64,000 bases of DNA from Ginglymostoma cirratum (Eukaryota): the NCBI GenBank assembly GCA_024137785.1, contig JAHRHZ010000042.1, forward strand, positions 25,401,556-25,465,555, written 5' to 3'. The position numbers were made by a program, and so were the translations under genes. Of this stretch, positions 1 through 11,135 are shown piece after piece. The notes beneath the pieces were generated by a model. The model had not been told where the DNA came from and ran no database searches. It saw only the letters and a program-made list of their open reading frames with translations. Position 1 is the first letter of the stretch. The number at the start of each line of letters is the position of its first letter.

Positions 1-240
1 CTTTGTGAAACACTTCCCTTCTGTCCGCAGGAAAAGTCCTGACCTCCCAAGTTGCTTATCACTTCAGTAAACAACTTTGCTCTCTTTTTTTCAGAAGAAG
101 GGTCCAGACCCGAAACATCAGCTTTCCTGCGCCTTTGATGTTGCTTGGCCTGCTCTGTTCATCCAGCTCTATACCTTGTTATCTCAGATTCTCCACCATT
201 GGCAGTTCCTACTATCTCTTGCTCTCATGCTAACATTTCA
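1..240 (+). mobile_element. Degenerate Penelope-like GIY-YIG endonuclease C-terminal fragment, interrupted at 85-218
   Basis: Reads FVKHFPSVRRKSPDLP/VAYHFS then CSHANIS after the insertion, resembling the RFxEHLRSV..DLPVAxHFN..CSH tail of Penelope-like elements. Confidence 0.55.
85..218 (+). mobile_element. Penelope-derived short element (pLTR tail) with degenerate hammerhead core and 8-bp TSD
   Basis: CAGAAGA-A-GGGTC-CA-GACCC-GAAAC at about 92-116; tail ...ggcagttcctactatctc; TTGCTCTC duplicated at 77-84 and 219-226. Confidence 0.75.
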
Positions 241-1496
241 CATGTTAAATACATGAGCATATATGAGAATAAGCATGTTTTAGATCATTATTTCAAGCGC
301 TAAAAACCCACAATTCTCTGAAAGAGTTATTGAGGCTTCTGTATTTTCAATGCAAGTTTACAATTCAGGCATCTTTATGATGCTTTGAAGGTAAATGGAT
401 TGAAACTGATAAAGTCCATGAGCCTGCTCACTTACTCAAACATTATTTACATTTGTGGAATAGTTAAGTAGATGACGCCTTGTATCTTTGTTGTTTACTG
501 CTCTTCTTTTTGTCTGCCCATGAATGCTTTAAGTTCACCTAATGCTCCAGCATCGTGAATCACTTGGGTTTTCACTATATTTTAATGTTCAATTCTACAA
601 AGAATGGGAAAATAAGAAAATAACATCTCAGCACTGACTGTTTAAATTAAAATATTTAAAATTATGCAGCCAGGAAAATAGTTCATTTCATTTTTCTGTG
701 ATTTGCTGGAGGTTGTCAAGATTCATTTTCAAATTCACTGCCTAGTATGAGAATTTCTTTTGTAGTGTTTTTTTTTCCCCTTTGCATTATTTCATTTTTG
801 CTTGGAAGCAGCTTCCCAGAGAGTTATTTCTTTTTCGGGCTTGGGAAGTCGAAATTTAAATTTGAATATAATAATGCTTGAAGCACTGGGGTTATAAACA
901 TATTCATCCTTCTTTCATATCCCACCGTAACCTGCTAATTGCCCCACCAAATCCACAGAGCTCATTAGCATTCTGTGCCTGCATCTTCTAAAGGACTGAA
1001 GAGGGAAAATAAGAAGTATTCATTATATTTGGATTTATCTTTAAAAGGGGCGTTGAAACCAGATGAACCAAAGAGTTGGTATGTTGTCCTTAGCTCCTAA
1101 ATATGCTCACTGTAATTAATCTTGGCATAATGCACAGAGACCTTAATTCTGACTTTAACCTGTGTTTATATTTAAGTTGGGACTATGTACATGTTGTGTT
1201 AATGCGACAATGTGAAGCAAGGACCCCACATTTGTGTTGCAAACATTTCACCGTGAAACAACAGAAAAGCAAGAGATACTGTTAGCAATGTTCTAAATTT
1301 CAATTATCGTGTCAAATCGTTTGTATTCAGTTTTGTGTGCATTCCTCTCCCTGCAACTTGAGAAACATAACCTTTTAATCCCACTGGAACCATACTGAGA
1401 GTGAAGCTGCTGACTGGGTTTCACTCATTAATTACTTAACTGCTAATCATAAAGGGGCATCAGGTGGTACTGGGAGGGTATGAGTTACGTAATTCA

Positions 1497-1610
1497 GTCG
1501 TGGGTTCTGAGTAGTACTGTCGCTACCTCTCAGCCAGTAGATCCAAGTTCAAGTCCCAGCTGCTCCTGATGTGTCGTGACTGGTCTGAACAGATTGATTA
1601 AAAATATTGT
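1497..1610 (+). mobile_element. About 110-bp tRNA-derived SINE monomer
   Basis: B-box-like AGTTCAAGTCC followed by ctgctcc..tgtgtc.tgac..ctgaacagattgattaaaaatat, shared with copies at 26960-27630. Confidence 0.6.
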
Positions 1611-1659
1611 TAATGATTTAGTAGATAATGCGCACCGAGAGAATTGTGACTCACTAAGT

Positions 1660-2310
1660 AGAGGCTCTTGAGCAGCAGTGGTTGTGTCCCTATCCTTAGG
1701 AAATGAGGCCCACGTAGAAGTCCCGCCTACTCCAGAGATGCTTAATAACATCTCAGAACATTTTATTAAGCTGGAGAGGGTTGAGAAGAGATTTACCAGA
1801 AGGTTGCCGAGAATGGAGGGTTTGAGTTTTAAGGAGAGGTTGGATAGGCTGGGACTTTTTTCTGTGGAGTGTAGGACGTTGAGAGGTGACCTTGCAGAGG
1901 TTTACAAAATCATGTGGGGTAGAGATAAGGTGAATGGCATGTGTCTTTTCCTTAATGTGTTGGATTTAAAGACTAGGGGGCATATTTTAAGGCGAGAGGA
2001 GAAAGATTTAAAAGAGACATCAGGGACATTTTTTTACACAGATCGTGGTTCATGTCGGGAATAAACTTCCAGAGGAAGTGGTGGATGTAGGTACTGTTAC
2101 AATATTTAAAAGACATTTAGATAAATGAAAGAAATCATTTCAGCCATAAGTTCATCAATAAGAAATGTTTGGAGGGATATGGGCTAAGTGCAGGTAGATG
2201 GGGCTAGTTAAGTTTGGGATTATGATCGCCATGGACTGGTTGGATTGAAGGGTCTGTTTCCATGCTGTTTGACTCTATGATTCTATAACAGGCTGATTCA
2301 AAATATTTGC
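1660..2310 (+). mobile_element. Second SINE monomer split by a CR1 insertion (1660-1760 plus 2287-2310)
   Basis: Monomer breaks at ...acatctcagaaca and resumes aacaggctgattcaaaatatt after the CR1 tail. Confidence 0.6.
1761..2286 (+). mobile_element. CR1 LINE 3' fragment
   Basis: KLERVEKRFTRRLPRMEGLSFKERLDRLGLFSVECRTLRGDLAEVYKIM (CR1 ORF2 C-terminus), ending in the gactctatgattcta tail. Confidence 0.93.
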
Positions 2311-2384
2311 AACTCAATTCACAAGAAACAACTGTCTTAGGTTCTATGCCACAGAAAGACATTTTAAAATAAAGTCACCGTTTT

Positions 2385-2492
2385 AAATCAACTTGTCCAT
2401 GTGAGTTATGACACATCTCTGGAGCAGGTGGGCTTAAAACAAAGCCTTCTGGCTCAGATGTAGGGACAATACTACTGCACAACATGAGCCCA
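2385..2492 (-). mobile_element. tRNA-derived SINE monomer (same family as 1497 and 26960)
   Basis: Reverse complement ggctcatgttgtgcagtagtattgtccctac...cacctgctccagagatgtgtcataac. Confidence 0.65.
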
Positions 2493-2521
2493 CACAAAGA
2501 AGTTTAGTTATGAGTTAATAT

Positions 2522-2533
2522 TGGAAACAGATC
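2522..2533 (+). promoter_or_regulatory. Degenerate primer-binding site (tRNA-Met-like)
   Basis: TGGAAACAGATC starts after a 1-nt spacer from the 5' LTR end; 9/12 match to TGGTAGCAGAGC, the tRNA-Met PBS of GalEa-type copia elements. Confidence 0.55.
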
Positions 2534-2579
2534 GGGGTTGCTTAATGGTGCAGGTTGGAAACTACGAAGTGAAACCACA

Positions 2580-4720
2580 AAGATGAAGTGGATACACAAA
2601 AAAACGAGGTAGATTTGGATAATCTATTAACACTCATGGACAACATTTCTAAATTAAAGATAACCTGTTAAATGCATTTGAGGTAGGGTAATACTTGGAT
2701 AAGTTTAGATAGCAGGATGGATATCCTACAGAAGAACATATAACAGAATTTAACAGACCACATACAAAATTGTAAAGATTTTCCTTGGAGATATCTAGTT
2801 TTGTGAATACCTTTAAATTATTGGACTGTGCCAAAGTACTAAACATGGATGGACTTCGAAGATTAAAAGGAGATACATTTTCAGAAAGAAACATGATTTT
2901 GGAACGGATAGCAGGAATCTTAAAACAAAATACCAGGCAGAAAATCATTCTTAGTAATGTTCATGGCTTAAATGAGACATAAAGCAGTAACTGAAAGAAT
3001 GGAGGATTCAGTGGAATAGAAGCCTCTCAGATATGGGCTGCACGCATTTGTATGAAGGGAGAATCATAACTAGAAAAAGGAATTTGATACACCCAAAAGG
3101 AACTAGCCATTATAGCAGAAAAATATATTTTGGGACATGGTCAACAGGTCTTCTTTATGTGACTCAGAATAATATTTACAACAGCATTGACAGAATAGAA
3201 AGGTTTTTGAAATTACTTGGAAAGTTTGGAAGGAGCAAATGATGACTCTTCTCAGGCAGAAGGAATTGCACTAATGACAAGAAACTTCAGCCAGTAATGT
3301 TTTAGTTACAGACTCATTTAATTTTGCAGTTTTGGGTGCATATCCAGAGTGTGGGGAGTAGGTTGATTAAGATGTTAACTGAATAAGAAAGACTGAAATA
3401 AGGTTATGGAGTTTGAGAATTCTATTGGCTTCCGCGCTTGGTGATGAAAAAACATTGAACTCACTCAAAAGAATGGACTTTGCCTGTGAAATAGCTGCGG
3501 TTAATTACTTTTTCAGCACAAATGTAGTGTTAAATGAAATAGCTGTATTGCTAGAGTAAGCACTCAATTGAAAAGTTCAAATGAATCTTGACATGGAACA
3601 TGGCAAACCAATTATTTATGGGAAGTCAGTGAATTTACGTTTTACACAATCTGGACATTATTGTATTCCATTAACAAGACCTAACTTCTCCCATCAAAAA
3701 ATTAAATGGGTATTATTGCACAAGAGATAGTGGTTTAAAGGAAAGAAAAGCTAATTACCTCAAACTACATCAGCAGTTTGCCCTTCCATCAATTTACAAA
3801 TTAAAAATCCTACTAAATGATGCTGAAATAAGGAATGATATTTCCACTAAATTAATAAAAGAGATCAGTGATAATTGTGATATCTGTTTTTAAAAGTGGC
3901 ATACATGATCTTGGCCCATAATGAGTCTCCCATTAGCTAGAGTTTTATATGATGTTGTGGAAATAATCTTTACGGTATGGGATAAATGAAAGAAACCATT
4001 TCAGCCAGCCCTTCATAGATATGGCAACTAGAATTAGAAAACAAACAATAACATAGAAAAAAGAGAACTGAGTAGTTATGGACAAGATAATGGAGAAATA
4101 GATAGATCCAGATGAATGGCACTGGTAAAAATCCTAATTCACAATGAGGGGAATTTGTCAATGCTGAAATTAGGGACAGGTGTGAAAAAATGAACTTTGG
4201 TAATGAACATGGTATTAGTAAGTCCCAATAGTGGTGGAGCCTGTGGAAAAAACGAATCTATTTAACAGATGAGATGCTTCATAAAATTTTACTGAAACAA
4301 CCAAGTTGTCAATTAACAATGACCCTGATATGTGCTGTCCAGGTGATGAACTCATTGAAAATTCTTGGGAATATGTCACCTCTTGTTTTGGGAGAAATCC
4401 AAAATTCTTTTGGTAGTAAGTGATCATTACAGCTTGAGAAAGGATTACAATTAGCTTGACACTTTCTGAAGACTTGGATGCCTGAAAAACAGGGACAAGG
4501 GCATTCAATAATTTTGAAGTTTCAGAAAGATTTTTCCAGGTTAACAGTACTGTATAAGGCCATCAAAACTAAGATGCAATACAAGGACCAGATATATTAC
4601 AAAAGACAAGGGATAAAAGATTGGAAAGATCTGGGTAAGGTTATCAGTAGTGACGGAAAAAAGCAGTAATTTTATGTGCAGTACATTAACAGTTGTGGTA
4701 CATTTCTCAAGGTTAATTGA
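2580..4720 (+). pseudogene. Frameshifted gag-protease-integrase relic of an LTR retrotransposon
   Basis: gag: LDKFR*QDGYPTEEHITEFNR..FKLLDCAKV; PR: LVTDSFNFAVL..LGDEKTLNSLKR..MNLDMEHGKPIIYGKSVNLRFTQSGHYCIPL; INT: KLHQQFALPS..CDIC, LPLARVLYDVV, FIDMATR, HNEGEFVN (DNGGEF), SPNSGGACGKN, GRNPK, YYKRQGIKDWKDLGKVISSDGK. Confidence 0.85.
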
Positions 4721-5554
4721 AACTAATTACACACTTACAGAATCTAAGCAAGTCATAGAGAGCAATGACAGACCATGCTTTTCACATTTATACATATTAG
4801 ACAATTATGAGGACCAGATATTTGGCAGATGTAGAGTTAGCTGACTATGAGAAAAGTGATACAAAAGATGGACGCCTTGTGGGTGAGGATTTATCAGAAC
4901 ATGAAGAAAAATAATTGTTAGAATCATTGTGCAAATATGTTATTTCTATTGTTTACTGAAAGAATAGCAATGCCTAATGTTGTATTATGATATGTAGAAT
5001 ATAAGAAAAAAAACATACTGTTTGTTTTCATTAGTTTCTATTCAAACATAGGTTACCAGTCTCTCAAGGTTTTATTGAAAGGGAAGCGGAATTTCAGTGC
5101 AACAAAAGTTAAGCTACAACTGGAATTAATTGATTAATTATGTGACTGCATAAGCATAAAGGGGGAACAGGTAGTACTGGGGATGTTATGAGCAGTGTGA
5201 CGATATAGTCAGTCCATGTCTTCCACAAGGAAAAGGTGTCTTGAATTCTAATTCAACAACAAGTTTAGTTTTGAATTAACACCTTCTCCATGTGACCACA
5301 GTGGAAACAACAATCTGCGTGTTCCAGTGGTAATGTTAATTAAGCTTCTCTTAATTAAACTTCTCATTTCCTAAAATTACCAGCTTTACACTTATTGCAC
5401 AGTCCTGCGTAATGTAGCCCTGTCTTCCACAACATTACTGTGATATAACCTTCTGTGTCTCACAGCACTTCAGCTTTTTCAAATAATCGCTCTCTTTGAC
5501 CAAGAGATAATTGTTCAATCTGTCTTGTCAAACAACACTGTTATTAGAGATAAA

Positions 5555-5680
5555 CAAAATACTGTGGATGCTGGAAATCTGAAATAAGAACAAAGTGCTG
5601 GAGAAACAGCAGATCTGACAGCATCTGTGGAAAGCGAAACAGAATAAATGTTTCAAGTCTGATATAACTTTTTCTTCAGA
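5555..5680 (-). mobile_element. Penelope-derived short element (old)
   Basis: ggatgctggaaatctgaaat..tgctggagaaac.gcag.tctgacagcatctgtgg; degenerate CTGAAGA...GAAAC on the minus strand. Confidence 0.65.
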
Positions 5681-6759
5681 AAATGTCAAATACTTTCAGC
5701 CTCCATGTGGGTGATCTAAAAATGCAATATTGCGTAGTTGGGTCAACGTTTTCTATAGATAACTCAATATGAAGAGTTGGAAGATTAAGAGTTGAGCGAA
5801 ATTGGACTGTAAATTATGTAATCCATTTTTTGGATTGTCCTCTGTCATTGTTGAAGTCAGTGTTGCATTTAGCTCCCATTTCTAATTGGTCTAAGAAACA
5901 AGTACACCTATTTAACATTGAACAGCGCTTGAGAGAGCATCTAGTGCCATTATGTTACTCTGTCTCTTATTGAATGTCCTGTGCACCTTCATGAATGTTG
6001 TTCTACAAATGATGAGCAGAGAATGAAGAATGACCAGATTTAAGCCAAAACTTGTAATGTTTCCAGTCTGAAATGAGAAACTAAATGTGCCAATCAGATT
6101 TTGTTTGTGTTAATTCATATTTGCATACTTTAGAAACAGAAAGACCTATCAGCAATCAGTTTTACATTACTTTTCCTTTCATTTGTGCAGTAACTAGAAT
6201 TTGAAGATTTCTTTCATATACCTTCTCAATGCTGCTTACAAAAACCTTCTGAAATAAGGAGTGGTTGAGTGCATACATCAGAAGATTGAGGATTGTTTAC
6301 GTTTTATAAAGGTATTTCACACAGTCCATGGATGGAGGCAAGGTTTGTTGGGATAGAGTCAACTAAGATGTTTGTTTATTTGGCATGATACTGTACAGAA
6401 ATGTATGTGTGAAAAGATTTATTAACAATTAGATTGTTTCTATTTTTGAAACTAAAAATGCAAAGAATTCTGTGTTTTTTTTGGGAGGAAGCAAATGCAT
6501 CTGCATCGTCTTCCTCCAGCTCTCCACATACGAGAGAAAGAGCACTCATCAATGGCGAACAACGGTTGCTAAAAGTAACACTCAATGTCAACTTGAATGT
6601 CAGAATTGAACACTACTGATCATGGTTTGTGAGACCAAACACTCTAGAAATCCATTTCTCTCGGATGAGAAAAACCTAGAAACAATCCCTAAGAGTATAG
6701 TCTGCACTAGCTCCTTAATGTTTTGATCAATAAGTAGAACCAAATGTAAATATATTTTC

Positions 6760-7202
6760 TGTGGTCAAGCAAAAATAACCCTTTTCTGTTATCCAAGAGC
6801 AGTGCCTCTCTTATACATACTCTCTGACAATTAATCCTTTGCTAATAATCAATGGATAGACCCAAGAGAAAGCAAAGAAAAAGAAGAATTAGTGGGAGCA
6901 AACTATCTCAAAAAACCCCTTGCCGAGAACCAGATACTGATGAGGAGGCATATATTACAAGATAAAAAGAATCATTCTCCAGGAAAATACCAGATGTGTC
7001 ATAAGGCCTTGGGTGGGGAAAGGGAAAACAGCCCTGAATATCAAAGGAGATAGACCTACTATTCATTCCCCATAGTCTTTTCAACAACGTCTATCACACA
7101 AATGTGACGTGTACCTCTTTGAGATCATGCAATAAACCACTTCTTACAAAAGAACAAAAGCCTTTTTCTCATTAGACTAGTAGGTGGTTTCCCTCTACCA
7201 CA
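6760..7202 (+). mobile_element. Putative solo LTR (443 bp)
   Basis: Inverted termini TGTGGT...ACCACA, AATAAA about 70 bp before the 3' end, flanks tttc/tttg (imperfect 4-bp TSD). Confidence 0.4.
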
Positions 7203-7566
7203 TTTGACAAAGCAGGCCCTCTTGATCCCAACCTAAAGGGACAATGGTGGCAGGGAATGTATCTTCTGGTAACAAACTGTTCAGCTAGAACATGCAAAGT
7301 GGTGCCAGTGGTGGTCGTGTGAAGATAAGTTTACAGTAGCCGACGGTTTACAGGTAATAGAGGCAGGGTTGTGGGAAGAGGGGGAGGGAAGAGATAAGCA
7401 TTCAGTAACAGCTGACTCTGAAAACCTTACAAGGCTTCAACTACTTTTGGAGCACCATTCAATGTAAATGGGCAGTATTAACCATAATTTAAGGTTGTGT
7501 TCATCAGGAAGAGAACTATAAAGCAAAGCAATTTAAGACAGAGACATCATATTTTACTTCAGAACA

Positions 7567-7897
7567 GGAGCAGCATGGTGACTCAGTGGTTAGTACCGCT
7601 GCCTCATATTATAGGGCCCCAGGTTCAATTCCAGCGTCGGGTGACTATCTGTGTGGAGTTTGCACATTCTCCACTGTCTGCAGGTGCTCTGGTTTCCTCC
7701 CACAGTTCAAAGAGGTGTAGGTTAGTGAATTGACCATGTTAAATTGCTCCTTACTGTGCAGGCTAGGTTGATTAACCGCAGGAAATGCAGGTTTGGTGGG
7801 ATAGACTAGAGGTGAGTCTGGGTGGGATACTCTTTAGAGGGTCAGTGTGGACTCAATGGGCCAAATGCCCTGCTTCTACATTGTAAGGATTCTATGC
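7567..7897 (+). mobile_element. HE1-type SINE (elasmobranch V-SINE)
   Basis: A box tgactcagtgg, B box ggttcaattcc, V-domain tctgtgtggagtttgcacattctcc, CR1-like tail gattctatg. Confidence 0.88.
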
Positions 7898-7914
7898 TTC
7901 CATGAAACCTGAAC

Positions 7915-8030
7915 TAGGCCCAAAATGTTAACTCTGTTTTCTCTCCACAGAAGCTGCCGTATCTGTTGAGTTTCTCCAGCAATTTCTGCTTTGTCTCAGA
8001 TTTCCAGCATCCACATGGATTTGCTTCATC
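7915..8030 (+). mobile_element. Penelope-derived short element tail
   Basis: cccaaaatgttaactctgttttctctccacagaagctgcc..tgagtttctccagc..ttccagcatcc. Confidence 0.7.
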
Positions 8031-9159
8031 ATAATTTACTCAGCTGGACAGAGGGAAGGAAAGCTGGATGAAAGATGAATTTGTGAACTAGCTCCAAGAA
8101 GCATCTTTAATATTTCTCCTTAAATGTACCCACAGTAAGTTTTGGATACAGGGACAATGTGTGTTTTTATTTTGGTTCAGATAGTGGAAGATTCATATTT
8201 TGCTCGTACTAGAGGGAAAAACTATATCACTGTCTTTGAATGCACCAAGATTTTTAAAGGGTGAGGAAAGAATGATCCAACACTTAAATGAAGAAGACTT
8301 TGCTTACTCAACCTGTTACTCCATCACTTGGTTGATCTGTCCACTTTGGAGGTGGGCACAGACTGAAAGATAAAATATAAAATCAAGAGTATTTTACGTA
8401 TTTTAGTCTAATGTTTAGCTGTATTGATCAACTGATCTAGTACTGTGTTTAGAAGTGTCAAAACTCAAGAAGCTCATCCATGAAGTCAACAATTTTGCCC
8501 ATGGCATCAGTAGCTTAACTGTTTGACTGAAAATATTTTTGATAATTCAGAAGTTTAGTGTGGTTTGATTTTACCTGGTGGTATCAATGTATTTTGGTCA
8601 TTGTGTATTTGTTTTATTGAGGTTTTATTACCTCTATCCATACCAATGGTAGTGAGCTGGGGTTGGGGGACTAGCAATTACTCATTATATTTGTTTGCAA
8701 TGAGGAGCATTTATTGTCATGTTTTTTTGGCTAATTAAGCAATTATCAGCCTCCATAAAGGCTTTCAGAATTTATTTTCCTTTCAATGTAAAGTAATTTG
8801 AAAAAATGTGGGAAAATTTCATTAGCATTAAAATAGAAGTATTTTATCTTGGTGCTTTGAATGAAATGTGAAAAATGCTGTGAGTGATGGATATTAACTG
8901 AATAATGGATTGCTTTCAATAAAGTGAAGAATTTATTGTTGATTTCATAATGACAAATCACTAACTCAAATTATATGCAGCTGAGACAACATTTGTACAT
9001 AAAAAGAGCCAAATTTTAAAGTGTAGAATTCAACTAAGTATTGTCACAGAGTGATTGAAATCTCCATATTTGAGCCAACATTTATCAGTTTTGCATTCAT
9101 AATATATTTTTGAACATCTTTCAGATTCAATACTTTCCTAAAGTGTTAATTAAATATAA

Positions 9160-9295
9160 AAACTGAAAGAACCGTGGATGTTGGAAATCAGAATAAAAAA
9201 TAGAAATCGCTGGAAAAGCTCAGCAGTTCTGGCAACATCTTTGGAAAGAAATCAGAGTTAATGTTTACGTCCAGTGACCCTTCCTCAGAACTCCT
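9160..9295 (-). mobile_element. Penelope-derived short element with degenerate hammerhead
   Basis: Reverse complement agttCTGAGGAagggtcactggacgtaaacattaactctg (stem II and GAAA mutated). Confidence 0.75.
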
Positions 9296-9664
9296 CAATT
9301 TCTGCTTTTGTTATTAATTCAATATAATTTGCAGAAGAGAAAATTTCCATCTTCAAAATGCTGCTCACAGCTCAGATTGGACCTGCAACTACACCTTCAC
9401 AGGGATGTGGGGATGATGCAGAAGGAGGCAGAGAGAGTGGTTGCTGTTAAGAGTGGAGGCCTGATCAAAGCTGGATGTGATAAGGGTGAAAAGCCAATGA
9501 TTCTTGCAAGATAGAGAGAGTAGCCATAATGGTTAGAGGGTTAGTTAACGGCTTTTGTGGAGTTGAGCAGACTTCAACTGGGCACATGGGGTAGGGGTAA
9601 GCATTCCTGGTCATTAAGATCTGCTTTTCAATCAATTCTGATGTGGTTTTTGCAGTGGGAATGA

Positions 9665-9772
9665 AGCAAAATACTACAAAATGTTAGAAATCTGAAAGAA
9701 ACTCAAAGAATACTATAGAAACTTAGCAGGTCTGGTAGCATCTGTGGAGAAAGAAAAAGAGCTAACATTTCA
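9665..9772 (-). mobile_element. Penelope-derived short element tail
   Basis: gaaacttagcaggtctggtagcatctgtggagaaagaaaaagagctaacatttcaa. Confidence 0.65.
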
Positions 9773-10078
9773 AAGAATCCGTACAGTGTTAGCAGACCAT
9801 TCAGCACATCAAATCCATACTGACCTTCCAAAGACCATCCCACCCCTCACCCATGGTTAACCCATCTAGCCTGCAGATCCCTGGACACTATCAGCAGTTT
9901 AGCATGGCCAATTCACCTAACCTGCACATCTTTGGACTTTAGGAGGAAACTGGACCAAATCCACACAGACACAGGGAGAATGTACAAACTCCACACAAAC
10001 TGTTGCCCAATGCTGGGATTGAACACAGGTCCCTGCCGTTGTGAGGTAGCAGTGGTAATCACTGAGCCACCATGCCAC
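9773..10078 (-). mobile_element. HE1-type SINE
   Basis: cacctaacctgcacatctttggac..gtacaaactccacacaaac..cactgagccaccatgcc. Confidence 0.88.
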
Positions 10079-11011
10079 TAGCTGTTTTAGGGTCAGCTTT
10101 GCAATGTTTACAATGAAACTTAAAACAGGATCCAATTTGCACTGTGGAGATTGATAAGAATACTTCAAATAACTGACAAGCTCCTCCGAGTGTGGCACAG
10201 ATACACTGAAACCTGCTGCTGTGTAAATGGTACTAGACACACCTATGGTTGCTTGGGGTTATTATTCCCATTTCTAACACTTCAAACTCTTAAACCTTTC
10301 TCACTTGGTATCAAAGTTCATAATTCCAAGATTAAGTTACTCAAAATCACCAGATCTTGAGGAACAGCACCGTGTTAGCAAGAAAAATTATCAGGGCAAC
10401 ATCAGATGTGAAACACGGTTTGAAACTTGATGGTCTCAGCGCAGCAGGGGTTCATGAGCACCTGAGGGTTCATAAAGTTAAACCACTTCTACCACAGGTT
10501 TTGTACAAAACATTTTGAAACATAAAGCTTTTATATTGAAGACTGCTTCAGAAAGTATAAGGATATTTTACTAACACTAATTAATAAGCCTCATCCCCTA
10601 AAACCTTTGGTATGCACTGTTTCTCTCTGCATGGTTTGTTTAAAACCTTCAGGCAGAAACAGGGATTCCATGTTTAATCATTTCACTGATAGCTCGACCA
10701 TAAAGATACATGAACATCTAATTTGTGGAAAAGAGAACATGCAATCCTACTTTAAACGTTTTAGCCAGTGAAATTAACTCGGCAGTGCAACAACTCAGAC
10801 TTTAAACTGTGCTAATTTGCAAACATAAATATTTGTCTCTTTTTCTGAAACATCAATCATTGATTAGATAAAATAGCCTTTGATTATTTTTGTGTTGATA
10901 CCAAGTGTCACACCAAGGAGCCTTCAACTCGTTGACTAGCACTTTCTTTTCATCATGCAGTTGTCTATCTCATGCTTTGCATAGGAAACTGTCTAAGAGA
11001 TCAAATCAAAT

Positions 11012-11135
11012 TCATAGAATCATAGAAACCCGACAGTGCAGAACGAGGCCATTCAGCCCATTGAGTGTGCACTGGCCTTCTGAAGAGCTTCCAAACCAGA
11101 CCCATTCTCCCACCCTATCCCTGTAACCCTACATT
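11012..11135 (-). mobile_element. HE1/CR1 3' tail fragment
   Basis: catagaatcatagaaaccc..ggccattcagcccattgagt..ccctatccctgtaaccc. Confidence 0.7.

Larger units (their letters stand above)
1280..5281 (+). mobile_element. Decayed LTR retrotransposon with copia-type domain order (GalEa-like Ty1/copia), RT/RNaseH missing
   Basis: Diverged direct repeats (1401-1484 vs 5108-5192; aagtttagttatgagttaata 2500-2520 vs aagtttagttttgaattaaca 5261-5281), TGTTA...TAACA ends, PBS-like motif, and gag/PR/INT remnants in between. Confidence 0.75.

Noticed and set aside
8308-8362. Minus-strand acceptor/donor pair
   Set aside because: All three frames contain a stop when the gtaagc donor is used
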